A stretch of DNA of 64,000 bases. Origin: Bacillus subtilis subsp. subtilis str. 168 (GTDB lineage: Bacteria; Bacillota; Bacilli; Bacillales; Bacillaceae). The notes under the pieces were generated by a model. It was not told where the DNA came from, ran no database searches, and was given only the letters and a program-made list of their open reading frames with translations. The DNA lies in contig NC_000964.3 of the NCBI RefSeq assembly GCF_000009045.1, positions 2,108,001 to 2,172,000 of the forward strand. Reading direction: 5' to 3'. The stretch's first letter is position 1. Each line of letters opens with the position of its first letter. Positions 22,009 to 32,897 of this stretch are shown one piece after another. Made by a program: the position numbers and the translations under genes.

Positions 22009-22026
22009 TATCTCGATTTCAAGATA
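22009..22026. promoter_or_regulatory. Probable MhqR operator
   Basis: Palindrome TATCTCGATTTCAAGATA just upstream of the mhqE RBS, resembling the MhqR box as I recall it. Confidence 0.7.
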
Positions 22027-22176
22027 TTTATTATTTTAAACCTTTATTGAAAAGGATGCAAACCATGTGTTTTGATTAAATAATTGAAAAAATCATTTTT
22101 TTCTAATAATTATCTTGTGATCTTTTCTTACAACTGCTATTATAGTGAGCATTATCATGTTTCAGGAGGAAAGTAA

Positions 22177-22377
22177 ATGGTTAAAAAAGCACTTATTGTT
22201 ATTCTCATTCTTTTGCCATTCGTTCAGCTCGCGCTTTTGCCGCTTGTGAATCGAATAGAACCGATTATGTTCGGCCTGCCGTTTTTCCACTTTTGGCTGC
22301 TGCTGTGGATTATTGTTACGCCGTTATGCTCGTTTGGCATTTATCAGATGCAAAAAAAAGATGGAGGACTTGAATAA
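22177..22377 (+). CDS. yoyD: Small 2-TM partner of an SSS permease (DUF3311-like)
   Basis: 66 aa hydrophobic ORF overlapping the yodF start. Confidence 0.85.
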   Translation: MVKKALIVILILLPFVQLALLPLVNRIEPIMFGLPFFHFWLLLWIIVTPLCSFGIYQMQKKDGGLE

Positions 22378-23867
22378 TGCAAGGGAATCTGACTGCACTT
22401 CTCATTACTGCTATTATTGTTTTAACCGTTGTCTGTATCGGCTTTCTCGCCGGAAGAGACAAATCCTCACGTACTTCTGTGGAAGAATGGTCTGTCGGCG
22501 GCAGACGCTTCGGCGGTCTTCTCGTCTGGTTTTTAGTAGGCGCTGACCTTTATACGGCCTATACTTTCTTAGGGTTGACCAGTACTGCTTTTACAGGCGG
22601 AAGTGTTGCATTTTTCGCCATTCCTTATTCTGTGTTGGCCTACTTTATCGCCTACTTCTTCTTGCCAAAACTTTGGAAAGTTGCGAAAATTCATAAATTA
22701 ACAACACTCGCGGATTATGCCCGGGAACGTTTTAACAGTAAGCTTTTGGCAAGCCTCGTTGCCATCGTTGGGGTACTCATGCTTATTCCGTACATATGCC
22801 TTCAGCTGAGCGGCATTCAAGACACGCTTCAGGTTGCCGGCACTGGCTATATTAACGTAAAATTCGTTGTGATCATTTCATTTATTCTTGTTGCTCTTTA
22901 CACATTCTTCAGCGGGATTAAAGGGCCCACATATACAGCCATCATTAAGGACATTTTAGTATGGGTCATTATGCTGTTTATGGTGGTGTCCCTCCCTCTC
23001 ATTCATTTTAACGGCTGGACGCCAATGATTGACACGTTAGTGAAGGAAGCGCCGCAAATGCTGACGATACCGTCAGAAGGGCCAAAAGGCATTCCTTGGT
23101 TTATCACAGCATCTATTGTTTCCGCTCTGGCACTTTTTATGTGGGCACATGCCGCTACAGGTGTTTTCACGGCGAAAAGCGCTGATGCAGTAAGAAAAAA
23201 CAGCATGTTTTTGCCGCTTTATAATATCGTGTTAATTTTGGTTATTTTTCTTGGCTTTATCGCCTTTCTTGTTCTGCCGGAAGATACAAATCCAAGGCTG
23301 GCGCTGCTGCATTTGATTCAAACATCTTACGGCGGCGTGGCACAAGGCTTTGCATATGCCACTATCGCTCTTGCTTCATTAATACCTTGTTCCATTATGG
23401 CAATCGGCGCATCGAATTTATTCGCCAACAACCTATACCGGGATTTGATTCATCCGAATGTGTCGCAAAGCAAGCTGACTCTTGTCACACGTTCAATGGT
23501 GTTTGTTGTCATCGGTCTTGCGCTGCTGTTTGGAATGCTGTTCCCGACTGCCTTAGTGACACTTCAGCTATTAGGTGTATCCGGTATGGTGCAAATCTTC
23601 CCTGCGATTGCTGTCAGCCTGTTCTGGAAAAACCAAACGAAAGAAGCAACGGTTATCGGATTATTAGCCGGCCTAGCGGTAACGTTTATTGTGTATATCA
23701 CTCAATCCGCACATGGCATTTATGAAGGATTCTGGGGATTGGCCGCCAACATGATCGCTGTGGTCATCCTGAATCCGCTGTTCGTTAAAAACGCGGGATC
23801 CAATCCTGTCATTGAAGGTTTATTTGGCAAAAAACAAGACGCTAATCCAAATCAAAAGGGCGCATAA
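22377..23867 (+). CDS. yodF: Sodium:solute symporter family permease
   Basis: About 13 TM segments, GGRRFG, YTAYTFLG, ARERFNS. Confidence 0.92.
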   Translation: MQGNLTALLITAIIVLTVVCIGFLAGRDKSSRTSVEEWSVGGRRFGGLLVWFLVGADLYTAYTFLGLTSTAFTGGSVAFFAIPYSVLAYFIAYFFLPKLWKVAKIHKLTTLADYARERFNSKLLASLVAIVGVLMLIPYICLQLSGIQDTLQVAGTGYINVKFVVIISFILVALYTFFSGIKGPTYTAIIKDILVWVIMLFMVVSLPLIHFNGWTPMIDTLVKEAPQMLTIPSEGPKGIPWFITASIVSALALFMWAHAATGVFTAKSADAVRKNSMFLPLYNIVLILVIFLGFIAFLVLPEDTNPRLALLHLIQTSYGGVAQGFAYATIALASLIPCSIMAIGASNLFANNLYRDLIHPNVSQSKLTLVTRSMVFVVIGLALLFGMLFPTALVTLQLLGVSGMVQIFPAIAVSLFWKNQTKEATVIGLLAGLAVTFIVYITQSAHGIYEGFWGLAANMIAVVILNPLFVKNAGSNPVIEGLFGKKQDANPNQKGA

Positions 23868-23902
23868 AAAAACCATACGCGGCAGCCGCGTATGGTTTTT
23901 TT
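23866..23902. terminator. Bidirectional terminator yodF/ctpA
   Basis: AAAAAAACCATACGCGG-CAG-CCGCGTATGGTTTTTT. Confidence 0.85.
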
Positions 23903-25302
23903 TACATTTCTTTTTTCAGTGTTTCAATTGCCTTTTCCATTTGCGTATCATTATCAGACAGCTTCTTTTGAAGTTCTATCATTAATTTCGTTGTTGTATC
24001 GCCAGTCAGTATGCCTGTTTCATTCAGCTTCTCTTTTTTCTGGAACTGTTTGACGACAGATACAAAATCCTGGTCATACATACTGTTAACCTTTACCTTG
24101 TAACCAAGTGCTTTGAGCATTTTCTGAGCCACTTTGACGTTTGTGCCTGTATCACCTGATTTGTACGTTTTATCTGCGTCCAAATACGGCAGCTTCGCGT
24201 AATCAGGCAGCTCTGCTTTCACTTGAGGCTTGATGCCTTTTTTGTGAATCCATTCGCCATCAGCAGTCAGCCATTTGGCAACTGTCAGTTTGACGGTAGA
24301 GCCATCATCATATTCTTTTGCCGTTTGTACTGTACCTTTGCCGAATGTCGTCTCGCCGATTAACGGTACGTTTGACGATTCATGAAGGGCAGCGGCCATA
24401 ATTTCGGCTGCGCTTGCTGTACCGTCATTTACTAAAACGACGGTCGGCTTGGTCACTTTCCGTTCTTTTTCGGCCTTCATGACTTCTTTTGAACCGTTTT
24501 TGTATTCAACCTGCATGATGTTTTTCCCTTTATCAATGAACAGGTTGCTCATCGTAATCGCCTGTTCCATTAAGCCGCCCGGGTTGCCTCTCAAGTCTAA
24601 AATATAGCCTTTGGCGCCTTTTTTCTCTAAACTGTCAATCGCATCTGTCAGCTCTTTAGCTGTTGTTTCAGAGAAAGAAGTGATTTGAATTTCTCCGATG
24701 TTGTTGTCTTTCATCTCTGAATAGACAGTCTCTACAGGAATGGTATCGCGCTTAATGGAAAGATCGATATTCCCCACTCCCGCTCTGTTCAGTTCAAGCT
24801 TCACCTTTGTGCCCTTTTTGCCTCGGATTAAAGCGACGGCTTCATTTACATTCATGCCTTTTACGCTTTTTCCATTTACCTTAATGATTTGGTCCCTCGG
24901 TTTGATACCGGCTTTTTCAGCAGGTGAACCTTTAATTGGGGATACAATAAGGATTTCTCCGTCTTTCTCCTCTACTTGGGCTCCGATTCCTTCAAAAGAT
25001 GCTGAAATCGTCTCGTCGAATGATTTCGCTTGCTCTTGATCCATATATGTAGAATACGGATCATCCAGTGATTGAATCATTCCTTTAATTGCTCCGTCTA
25101 CTAATTTGTCATCATCTGTTTTTTGGTAATAATCACTTTTGATTTGCTCATACGCTTTATTTAATTTGTCGAACTTGCTGTCTCCTGTGCTTGCTGATTT
25201 TTGGCCCAGGATACTGGAATTGCCCGTAATAAATAAAGTAAGCGCCGAAGCGACAACTGCAGTGATCAGCACAATAAAAAACAGTTTTAATTGCCGTTTC
25301 AA
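23902..25302 (-). CDS. ctpA: Carboxy-terminal processing protease (S41; PDZ + peptidoglycan-binding domain)
   Basis: DLRGNPGG, TASAAEI, GETTFGKG. Confidence 0.96.
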   Translation of the reverse strand: MKRQLKLFFIVLITAVVASALTLFITGNSSILGQKSASTGDSKFDKLNKAYEQIKSDYYQKTDDDKLVDGAIKGMIQSLDDPYSTYMDQEQAKSFDETISASFEGIGAQVEEKDGEILIVSPIKGSPAEKAGIKPRDQIIKVNGKSVKGMNVNEAVALIRGKKGTKVKLELNRAGVGNIDLSIKRDTIPVETVYSEMKDNNIGEIQITSFSETTAKELTDAIDSLEKKGAKGYILDLRGNPGGLMEQAITMSNLFIDKGKNIMQVEYKNGSKEVMKAEKERKVTKPTVVLVNDGTASAAEIMAAALHESSNVPLIGETTFGKGTVQTAKEYDDGSTVKLTVAKWLTADGEWIHKKGIKPQVKAELPDYAKLPYLDADKTYKSGDTGTNVKVAQKMLKALGYKVKVNSMYDQDFVSVVKQFQKKEKLNETGILTGDTTTKLMIELQKKLSDNDTQMEKAIETLKKEM

Positions 25303-25454
25303 TTAAACACCACCTTTTTCTTCTTACATTATTATCATGGACGAATTCTTATTCGTCAACTCGGAGCAGAAATGAAAGAGAAACGCCCTTCTTTTGCTTT
25401 TCATAAACCTATGTCTTTATACGACATATGATAAGGAAAAAGGAGGATTCGATA

Positions 25455-26156
25455 TTGAGCCGATATTTAGAAATGCTGTCCTTATTCGGTGTCGCAGGGG
25501 CGCACCCAGGCGGGCTGGCTTTTTCAAAAGCGGTCTTGCAAAAGGCTGCACCCTCTCCGGATCAGCCGATTCTTGATGCCGGATGCGGAACAGGGCAAAC
25601 GGCGGCTTATTTAGGACATTTGCTGTATCCTGTAACAGTCGTTGATAAAGATCCTATTATGCTTGAGAAAGCGAAAAAAAGATTTGCGAATGAAGGGCTT
25701 GCCATCCCTGCATATCAGGCGGAGCTGGAACATCTCCCGTTTTCTTCTGAGTCCTTTTCCTGCGTCCTGTCAGAATCGGTCCTCAGTTTTTCACGCCTGA
25801 CATCCTCTCTTCAAGAAATTTCAAGAGTTTTAAAACCCAGCGGGATGCTGATTGGTATCGAAGCTGCTTTAAAAAAACCAATGCCCCCTGCAGAAAAGAA
25901 GCAAATGATGGATTTTTACGGATTTACTTGCTTACATGAAGAAAGCGAATGGCATAAACTCCTAAGATCCTATGGCTTTCAAAAAACAGAAGCGATGTCA
26001 CTTCTTCCGGAAGACATGGAATTTGAACCAACCACAGAAATGGATTTATCGCAAACGATTGATCCCATCTATTACGATACGCTTCAAACACATTATCAGC
26101 TCATGCAGTTATATAGTGAGTACATGGGTCATTGTATTTTTATCGCGTACAAGTAA
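25455..26156 (+). CDS. yodH: Class I SAM-dependent methyltransferase
   Basis: ILDAGCGTG motif I; TTG 25455 behind AGGAGG. Confidence 0.9.
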   Translation: MSRYLEMLSLFGVAGAHPGGLAFSKAVLQKAAPSPDQPILDAGCGTGQTAAYLGHLLYPVTVVDKDPIMLEKAKKRFANEGLAIPAYQAELEHLPFSSESFSCVLSESVLSFSRLTSSLQEISRVLKPSGMLIGIEAALKKPMPPAEKKQMMDFYGFTCLHEESEWHKLLRSYGFQKTEAMSLLPEDMEFEPTTEMDLSQTIDPIYYDTLQTHYQLMQLYSEYMGHCIFIAYK

Positions 26157-26243
26157 AACGGCGTATCGCCCCCTGTTTTCGTCCAACCTTTTTTTCCTAT
26201 CTATCATATGCTGATAGAAAGTCAGGATAGGAGGGGAACAATA

Positions 26244-26495
26244 TTGGAGAGATATTATCATCTTTGCAAAAACCATCAAGGTAAAGTCGTCAGAATTACA
26301 GAGAGAGGCGGGAGAGTTCACGTCGGCAGAATTACCCGTGTAACAAGAGACAGAGTTTTTATAGCTCCGGTCGGCGGAGGGCCAAGAGGTTTCGGTTACG
26401 GATATTGGGGCGGTTATTGGGGATATGGAGCGGCTTACGGGATTTCCCTCGGTTTAATTGCAGGAGTGGCTCTGGCTGGTTTATTCTTCTGGTAA
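26244..26495 (+). CDS. yodI: Gly/Tyr-rich spore-associated protein
   Basis: TTG 26244 behind GGAGGGG; GYGYWGGYWGYG then a TM helix. Confidence 0.85.
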   Translation: MERYYHLCKNHQGKVVRITERGGRVHVGRITRVTRDRVFIAPVGGGPRGFGYGYWGGYWGYGAAYGISLGLIAGVALAGLFFW

Positions 26496-26565
26496 GCATA
26501 GAACAAATGCTAGATTCACCAGACACAATGAAGCCCGCTTATCTAGTGTAAGCGGGCTTTTCATT

Positions 26566-27387
26566 TTAAATTTTCTTCACTTTTTCAAAGTACTCTTCAA
26601 GCGTTAAATCATTATCTTGGATGACCTTTGCGGCTTTTTTGCCTACATAGCGCAGATGCCATGGCTCATATTCATATTTCGTGATATCTTCTTTATTTTT
26701 CGGATAGCGAATAATAAAGCCATATTTATAAGCATTGTCCTGCACCCATTTCCCGTCTGCCGTGCTTCCGAACGCTTCATTTAGCTCAAAGCCATTGCTC
26801 CGGCTCGAAATGTCCATCGCAAGGCCTGTTTGATGCTCGCTTTCACCCGGGTAAGCGACCGCTTCCTTTGCCTTCCTTTCCCCTTTTAGGCTTACTTCAT
26901 TGTCAAAAATGACTTTCTGTCTGTCATACGAACGGTACCCTGAGACAGCTGCCAGTTCATAGCCTTCCTTTTTGGCAGCATCGAACATTGTTTTTAATGC
27001 GTCGGCCGCTTCTTTTCTGATGTAACGTTTTTGAATCTTTTCTTCAAAAGAAAACTCTACATCAGGTATGACAAGATCGCTAGGTTCATAGTTTCCGGGC
27101 AGTGCATATTGTTTATTGACAAGCGCGAGTATATTTTCTGGATTTTGAATGGTTTCCAGACCATCGACTTTTTTAATATCATTGAAATACTGGCTTTCCA
27201 ATGAAAACTCACTGTTTTGAGTGTTTGATTTTTTGCTGTCAGCTGTTTTTTGTTCTGTTTGCTTTGTTTCTGCTGTGGTTTTCGTATCCTTTTGAGCATC
27301 TCCGTTCGACATGCTGCAGCCGGCTCCGACTATTGCCGTTACACTCAGAGCGGCAGCCAGTGAGAACCATTTACCGGACTTTTTCAT
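26566..27387 (-). CDS. ldcB: VanY-like (M15B) L,D-carboxypeptidase lipoprotein
   Basis: Lipobox GAGC; SGYRS, SEHQTGLAMD, EPWHLRY (yodJ). Confidence 0.9.
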   Translation of the reverse strand: MKKSGKWFSLAAALSVTAIVGAGCSMSNGDAQKDTKTTAETKQTEQKTADSKKSNTQNSEFSLESQYFNDIKKVDGLETIQNPENILALVNKQYALPGNYEPSDLVIPDVEFSFEEKIQKRYIRKEAADALKTMFDAAKKEGYELAAVSGYRSYDRQKVIFDNEVSLKGERKAKEAVAYPGESEHQTGLAMDISSRSNGFELNEAFGSTADGKWVQDNAYKYGFIIRYPKNKEDITKYEYEPWHLRYVGKKAAKVIQDNDLTLEEYFEKVKKI

Positions 27388-27469
27388 ATTACATTACCTT
27401 CCTTTTATCAATCGTTTCCGCATGCATAAAGAAGAGGCTGCCGGCACCCAGCACGCCTCTTGATATATT

Positions 27470-28171
27470 TTATTGTGATACGGAATGTAAAGCCACTTCT
27501 ATCATATCATGAAATGTCGTTTGACGCTCTTCCGCTGTCGTTTCTTCTCCTGTTAATACGTGATCACTCACGGTGAGAATTGACAGGGCTTTTCTTCCGT
27601 GCTTCGCTGCTAATGTATACAATGCAGTTGTTTCCATTTCAACGCCAAGCACACCGTATTTTGCAAGTTTTTCAATTTGCGAATCGTCATTGTAGAACTG
27701 GTCAGCTGTAAATACGCTTCCTACAGTCACCGGCACACCTTTATCCTTTGCGGCATCATAGGCATTTTTTAAAAGCTCGAAATCTGCGCAAGGCGCAAAA
27801 TCAACGCTTCCGAAAGCAACTCTGTTCATTTGTGAATCAGTTGAGGAGGTCATCGCCAAAATGACGTCTCGCACTTTGACATCTTTACGAATAGCGCCGC
27901 AGGAACCGACTCTTATTAGATTTTGCACATCGTAGCTTTGAATTAATTCATTCACATAAATTGAAATAGACGGAACTCCCATTCCCGTGCCTTGTACTGA
28001 GATTTTTTTACCTTTATATGTACCCGTAAATCCATACATGCCTCTGACTTCATTGTAGCATTCTACATTTTCAAGATACGTTTCTGCAATAAATTTTGCT
28101 CTGAGAGGATCTCCCGGCAAAAGCACAGTATCCGCAATTTGTCCTTTTTCAGCACCTATATGTACACTCAT
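27470..28171 (-). CDS. deoD: Purine nucleoside phosphorylase
   Basis: [22 protein letters not shown]. Confidence 0.97.
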   Translation of the reverse strand: MSVHIGAEKGQIADTVLLPGDPLRAKFIAETYLENVECYNEVRGMYGFTGTYKGKKISVQGTGMGVPSISIYVNELIQSYDVQNLIRVGSCGAIRKDVKVRDVILAMTSSTDSQMNRVAFGSVDFAPCADFELLKNAYDAAKDKGVPVTVGSVFTADQFYNDDSQIEKLAKYGVLGVEMETTALYTLAAKHGRKALSILTVSDHVLTGEETTAEERQTTFHDMIEVALHSVSQ

Positions 28172-28372
28172 CTCATATCCTCCTGTAAATCTAAATTATC
28201 ATCCAGCCCGTCCATTTTACAACGAATGTCATGATGAAACAAACTTCAGCATTGATTATAAAGGAATATATCGAAAAAAGAAATGTTCGAGGATCTGTTA
28301 GGCACTTCCTCAGAAAAACGGATAATCGGGGTGTTAATTTGAAAACCTAACCGCAGGAAGGAGGGGTGGGAC

Positions 28373-28498
28373 ATGGGTAAAAAACATCGTAACCGGATCA
28401 CCGGCCAAAAAAAGAACAATCATATACCTGAAAAAGATATCATTGCAGCTGAAGAAGCACACGGGAAAGAATATTCCGCTGCCAAACGCAAGCCTTAA
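28373..28498 (+). CDS. yoyE: 41-aa basic small protein (MGKKHRNRITGQKKNNH...)
   Basis: Hand-translated; AAGGAGG RBS; followed by a terminator shared with yodL. Confidence 0.8.
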   Translation: MGKKHRNRITGQKKNNHIPEKDIIAAEEAHGKEYSAAKRKP

Positions 28499-28537
28499 AA
28501 CTGCAGAAAACTGCGGGTTTCCGCAGTTTTCTTTTCA

Positions 28538-28855
28538 TTATGTCGTTTGTACAATCAGACGATTGATTTTCCTCCAGCCGGCGGGAAGCAGTTGATAATA
28601 TGTTTTCCCTTTTCTGCCTTCATCAATCAGGATCACGTCCCCTGTGGCCATGAATCTTGCATCATAATCACTCGGAACAGTGTCGAATACATTAAACAAA
28701 GAGAATGCTCTTTTCAGCACGTCTTGATGATCGCTCCCGTTCAGTTCAGTTCGATAGACGGCTCTGTAGCCCTTTTTTTCGCCAAACCGGGGTGTCTGAA
28801 ATATTGTCACGTCATAGGAACAAGACTTCTTTTTAAACACGGATAACATCATCAA
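28538..28855 (-). CDS. yodL: YodL shape-affecting (MreB-interacting) protein
   Basis: YodL-domain motif FMATGDVI; recognised sequence. Confidence 0.88.
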   Translation of the reverse strand: MMMLSVFKKKSCSYDVTIFQTPRFGEKKGYRAVYRTELNGSDHQDVLKRAFSLFNVFDTVPSDYDARFMATGDVILIDEGRKGKTYYQLLPAGWRKINRLIVQTT

Positions 28856-28912
28856 GATCCCCTCCCTTTTATTTCTTTAACATATTGGCGTTTTTGCTGT
28901 GTTTTCCTCTCT

Positions 28913-29524
28913 CTATTTTTGTCGAAACCGCTTAATCTTTTCGTCAAAACCTTTTACTAGGAAAAACAGAAGCAAGCCGAGGCTAAAGCCTCCTAACACG
29001 TCTGTCACAAAATGAACCCCCAGATACACTCTGCTTATGCCGACTAAAACAGCAATTACACCGGCTATGATATATACCATTTTTTTATGCTTAGACAAAA
29101 ACGGGAGATGTTTCACTAAAAAGTAAGCAATAACAGGATAGACACAAGCAGCATTCATGGAATGGCCGCTCGGAAAACTGAAGGATGATTCATGAACCAG
29201 CGGTGCAAAATCAGGCCTCACTCTTTCGATCCATTCTTTTAAGACTTTGTTTAACAGCCGATCTGTGCCGAATACTAAGAGCATCAACAGGCCGTCCCAT
29301 GTTTTTCTGTAGAAAAACATGCCTGCTCCAATGATGACAATTAGAGGGAGCAGAAAAGAAGAAGCACCAAGATGCGTGATCCCCGTCATGACTTCATTAA
29401 GCCATGGCTGACGGATCAAAACAGCTGCCTTGCTTATTGCTTCATCTGCAGATTGAACAGCATTTGTATGAATGGCCGCAGCTAGAATTAAAAAGAAAAG
29501 AAACAAACTAACGGGCTTGTACAA
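28913..29524 (-). CDS. pgpB: PAP2 phosphatidylglycerophosphate/undecaprenyl-PP phosphatase
   Basis: KxxxxxxRP, SFPSGH, SRVYLGVH (yodM); TTG 29524 behind GAGGTGG. Confidence 0.9.
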   Translation of the reverse strand: MYKPVSLFLFFLILAAAIHTNAVQSADEAISKAAVLIRQPWLNEVMTGITHLGASSFLLPLIVIIGAGMFFYRKTWDGLLMLLVFGTDRLLNKVLKEWIERVRPDFAPLVHESSFSFPSGHSMNAACVYPVIAYFLVKHLPFLSKHKKMVYIIAGVIAVLVGISRVYLGVHFVTDVLGGFSLGLLLFFLVKGFDEKIKRFRQK

Positions 29525-29601
29525 TTTTAACCACCTCAATTTTCACAGAAGTCATAGAACATGAATAATAAAACCGGAGCTGACCGCTCCGGTTTTAAGC
29601 C

Positions 29602-29778
29602 TCACTCATCTTCATCCAGCTCTTCATCTATCATACATTTTTCTATCAAATAATCAAAGGTAATATCAGCGATTTCAAACAGCTCATCCTCACTCGGTAT
29701 GTAGCCCCGTCTTGCAAGCTCTCTGTAAAAAAATTCAGCGATTTCTTCCGTATCAATCACAAGATCTATTTCTTTCAT
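29602..29778 (-). CDS. yozD: 58-aa acidic protein (MKEIDLVIDTEEIAEFFY...)
   Basis: Hand-translated; AAAGGAGG RBS; terminator at about 29570-29596. Confidence 0.85.
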   Translation of the reverse strand: MKEIDLVIDTEEIAEFFYRELARRGYIPSEDELFEIADITFDYLIEKCMIDEELDEDE

Positions 29779-29896
29779 CTCCGTACCGCCTCCTTTTTTA
29801 TGTTTTATGAAAAAACAGGCTGAATTATACCCGGTGTTCTAAACAATTCTTTCAGTCATATATTGAATAAAAAACGAGCCATGGGAGGCTGACGCT

Positions 29897-30040
29897 ATGA
29901 TTGCTAAAATGATGGAAGCACTGGACGGAGAAAGATTTGATATCATAATGGAAAAAACGCTCAAAGGAATGACGCGTGTGATGATTTGGGGCTGTCTGCC
30001 ATATTTTTTATATGTCTTGATCCGTATGTTCACAAATTAA
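29897..30040 (+). CDS. yoyF: 47-aa membrane microprotein
   Basis: Hand-translated MIAKMMEALDGERFD...LIRMFTN; GGGAGG RBS; stop overlaps the yodN stop. Confidence 0.72.
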   Translation: MIAKMMEALDGERFDIIMEKTLKGMTRVMIWGCLPYFLYVLIRMFTN

Positions 30041-30717
30041 CTGAAATGCTCTTTTAAACTTTCCAAAACAAACATCATCATGTCTTTATATTCTTCATCC
30101 TGAAACATTTCGTACAGAATTTTGTAGTCATTATAAATATCCAGAAGCTCATCAACAATTGACACAGCAAGGATGTGAAGGGTATCTTGATCTTCATCAC
30201 CGCCTTCAAACTGAAGAAGAGCAGACGATGCGATATCTTCGCCGATCTCATGGCCAGTTTCTCCGACATAATGGACAAACAACAGCTGATGCACAAACTG
30301 GTCCATTTCATATTTTCTAAGCACCAGCGTGAGATCCTCTTCCTCCGTTTCAAGCCACTCTCCATCCTTTAAACGGGTCAGCTCATAAATGATATCTTCC
30401 CAGCCATCTTCTAAATATCTCCAAATTTCTGTTCTATGGCCGATAATGCGAAAGAGTTCTTTTCCATAATCTTTAACATAAACAACGTCCCCAATAAGGA
30501 ATTCATACTCAATATCAAGCTTCTCCATGTCGACAATGACACCCTCATAATCTTTATAAAGCTGAATAGATGATTCAAAGTATAAAACTTCGTTATGATT
30601 GACTTCATAAAGATAGTGTTTATCAATTTGGTGTACTTTTGTGATGGTGCCGACTGTTCCATACATAATGACGACTACGATATCCCCTACTTGGAATTTC
30701 GGTTTATTTTGCTTCAT
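30037..30717 (-). CDS. yodN: Hypothetical protein with two SH3/KOW-like repeats
   Basis: FQVGDIV and FLIGDVV repeats; ATG 30717 behind GGAGGGG. Confidence 0.85.
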   Translation of the reverse strand: MKQNKPKFQVGDIVVVIMYGTVGTITKVHQIDKHYLYEVNHNEVLYFESSIQLYKDYEGVIVDMEKLDIEYEFLIGDVVYVKDYGKELFRIIGHRTEIWRYLEDGWEDIIYELTRLKDGEWLETEEEDLTLVLRKYEMDQFVHQLLFVHYVGETGHEIGEDIASSALLQFEGGDEDQDTLHILAVSIVDELLDIYNDYKILYEMFQDEEYKDMMMFVLESLKEHFS

Positions 30718-30867
30718 GGTGTCTCCCCCTCGCCGCAACATTTCTCATACGCTATCGTATGCCGGGTGAAGCCAATTCGCATGGGCATGAAAACCAAAGG
30801 AAATATCCAATTATGGTATGGGTATGGACATAAAAAAATCCGCAGTGATCTGCGGATGAAACAGCTA

Positions 30868-31092
30868 TTATCTGCCGTGCACTTCAGACTCGTATTGATC
30901 CCAAGCTTCATCAAACGTCGCCATCGTGTGAAGGTAATCAGCATTCAGCTCCAAATATGAACTGATTTCATGATAATCGGTTGATGTTTTTGGAAAGCTG
31001 TGATCCTCATACGCCTGATTGGCAAATTCACTGATGCTGTCCTTCGGCTTAGGGTGTCTGTATTTCAATAAATAGTGATAAAAGGATTTCAT
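30868..31092 (-). CDS. yozE: YozE SAM-like protein
   Basis: 74 aa, DHSFPK motif. Confidence 0.9.
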   Translation of the reverse strand: MKSFYHYLLKYRHPKPKDSISEFANQAYEDHSFPKTSTDYHEISSYLELNADYLHTMATFDEAWDQYESEVHGR

Positions 31093-31178
31093 GGGTTTCC
31101 CCTCCTGATGTCTGTCTTTTGTTGTTCTATTATACAGTTCAAGTGTAAAATTACAACAAAAGAATACTGAAACATGAC

Positions 31179-31457
31179 TCAGGAGAAGTCAAAATAGTTG
31201 CGTTTCAAAATTCTTTCTGTCTCCATGAGCTGCTGATATGTCAGGCTTTCAGGCAGTTTTTTTGTTTGAATTAAAAGCAGCTGATCCTCAATCTCTTTAA
31301 CCGTGTTTTCCTCTTGATAGGTCATACCGCAGGAAGAACATACCATGGCAGGGGTGTCTGTCAGTTCTATAGCCCTCGTTCCATCAGGGAGCTCCCAGTA
31401 CACCGTGTTCCTGCCGGGCACCGCTTCGAGCTCGCCGCACCATTCGCATGTTTTCAT
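31179..31457 (-). CDS. yokU: YgiT-type zinc-ribbon protein
   Basis: CEWC...CSSC; ATG overlaps the kamA stop (ATGA). Confidence 0.88.
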   Translation of the reverse strand: MKTCEWCGELEAVPGRNTVYWELPDGTRAIELTDTPAMVCSSCGMTYQEENTVKEIEDQLLLIQTKKLPESLTYQQLMETERILKRNYFDFS

Positions 31458-32869
31458 GAAGAATCCCCTCCGCATTCAGTCTCTTTCTGTTTTTTCTGCT
31501 GCGCCAAAAATTTCTTTTCTTTGAGCTGATCTCTTTTCTCACGCCGATCTTTTAATGTTTCATGCTCCGGATTTGCGATGTATGCCTCTCTCCTTTTGAT
31601 TCTGTCTACATTTTCAGGTGTAAACGAAACTTCTTTGTCAGCAAAAATGGCACTCAGCCCGATCGGCTCCTTTTTGTCAGCGGTTTCAGGGAAAACGGAC
31701 TCAAAATAGGCGTCTGCCTGATTGGGGATATAATTCTCTGGTTCCGGATATGACGTAATCACACCTTCAAAATTTCTTAAGATCACTTTGTCAGGACTTT
31801 GTGACAGGACATAGTTTGGCTGCAGGGCGATTTTACCTCCTCCGCCTGGTGCGTCAACGACAAAGGTAGGAACCGCATAGCCTGAGGTATGACCTCTCAG
31901 CCCTTCAATGATCTCCAAACCTTTGGAAACAGGAGCTCTGAAATGCCCTATTCCTTCTGACAGATCACATTGGTAAATATAATAAGGACGGACTCTGATT
32001 TTTACCAAGTCATGCATGAGCTTTTTCATAATTGGAACCGAATCATTAATACCTGCTAATACGACAGCCTGATTTCCGACCGGCACTCCCGCGTTCACCA
32101 GCTTTTCACATGCCTCAACGGATTCTTCTGTCATTTCGATGCTTGTGTTAAAATGGGTGTTCAGCCAGACCGGATGATATTTTTTCAATATCTCGCACAG
32201 ATGATCGGTAATGCGCTGCGGAAAGACGACGGGAGCTCTTGTTCCGATTCTGATGACTTCCAGATGCGGAATGCTGCGCAGCTCTTTTAAAATATATTCT
32301 AAAATTTGGTCGTTGATGAGCAGCCCATCACCGCCTGAAATTAAACAATCGCGGATTTCGGGTGTTTCCCGGATATAAGCAATTGCAGCATCAAGCTGTT
32401 TTTTGGGGACGCCCATTCCGATTTGTCCGGAAAAGCGCCTTCTTGTGCAGTAGCGGCAGTACATGGAACATTGATTCGTGACAAGAAACAGCACACGGTC
32501 GGGATAGCGGTGTGTCAGACCGGGTACCGGTGAATCTTCATCCTCATGAAGCGGGTCTTCCAGATCGTATTTTGTTTTGTGCATTTCTTCAGAAAGCGGC
32601 ACAGACTGCATGCGTACCGGGCATCTCGGATTGTCGGGGTCCATTAAAGAAGCATAGTAAGGTGTAATATTTAAGGGGATCGTTTTGGTAGAAATTCTGA
32701 CGCCTTCCTCTTCATCCTCGGTCAGATTAATGACTTTCTTTAAATCATCTAACGTTCTTACAGTGTGTGTCAGCTGCCAAAGCCAATCGTTCCATTTCTC
32801 TTCCGGAACGTCCTTCCATAACTCGATCTCCTTCCAATGCCGTTTCGGTTTATACCATTTGTTTTTCAA
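31454..32869 (-). CDS. kamA: L-lysine 2,3-aminomutase (radical SAM, PLP)
   Basis: CSMYCRYC radical SAM motif; HRYPDRVL; DAPGGGGKI. Confidence 0.97.
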   Translation of the reverse strand: MKNKWYKPKRHWKEIELWKDVPEEKWNDWLWQLTHTVRTLDDLKKVINLTEDEEEGVRISTKTIPLNITPYYASLMDPDNPRCPVRMQSVPLSEEMHKTKYDLEDPLHEDEDSPVPGLTHRYPDRVLFLVTNQCSMYCRYCTRRRFSGQIGMGVPKKQLDAAIAYIRETPEIRDCLISGGDGLLINDQILEYILKELRSIPHLEVIRIGTRAPVVFPQRITDHLCEILKKYHPVWLNTHFNTSIEMTEESVEACEKLVNAGVPVGNQAVVLAGINDSVPIMKKLMHDLVKIRVRPYYIYQCDLSEGIGHFRAPVSKGLEIIEGLRGHTSGYAVPTFVVDAPGGGGKIALQPNYVLSQSPDKVILRNFEGVITSYPEPENYIPNQADAYFESVFPETADKKEPIGLSAIFADKEVSFTPENVDRIKRREAYIANPEHETLKDRREKRDQLKEKKFLAQQKKQKETECGGDSS

Positions 32870-32897
32870 ACGAACTCCTCCTCGCGCATATTTTGAC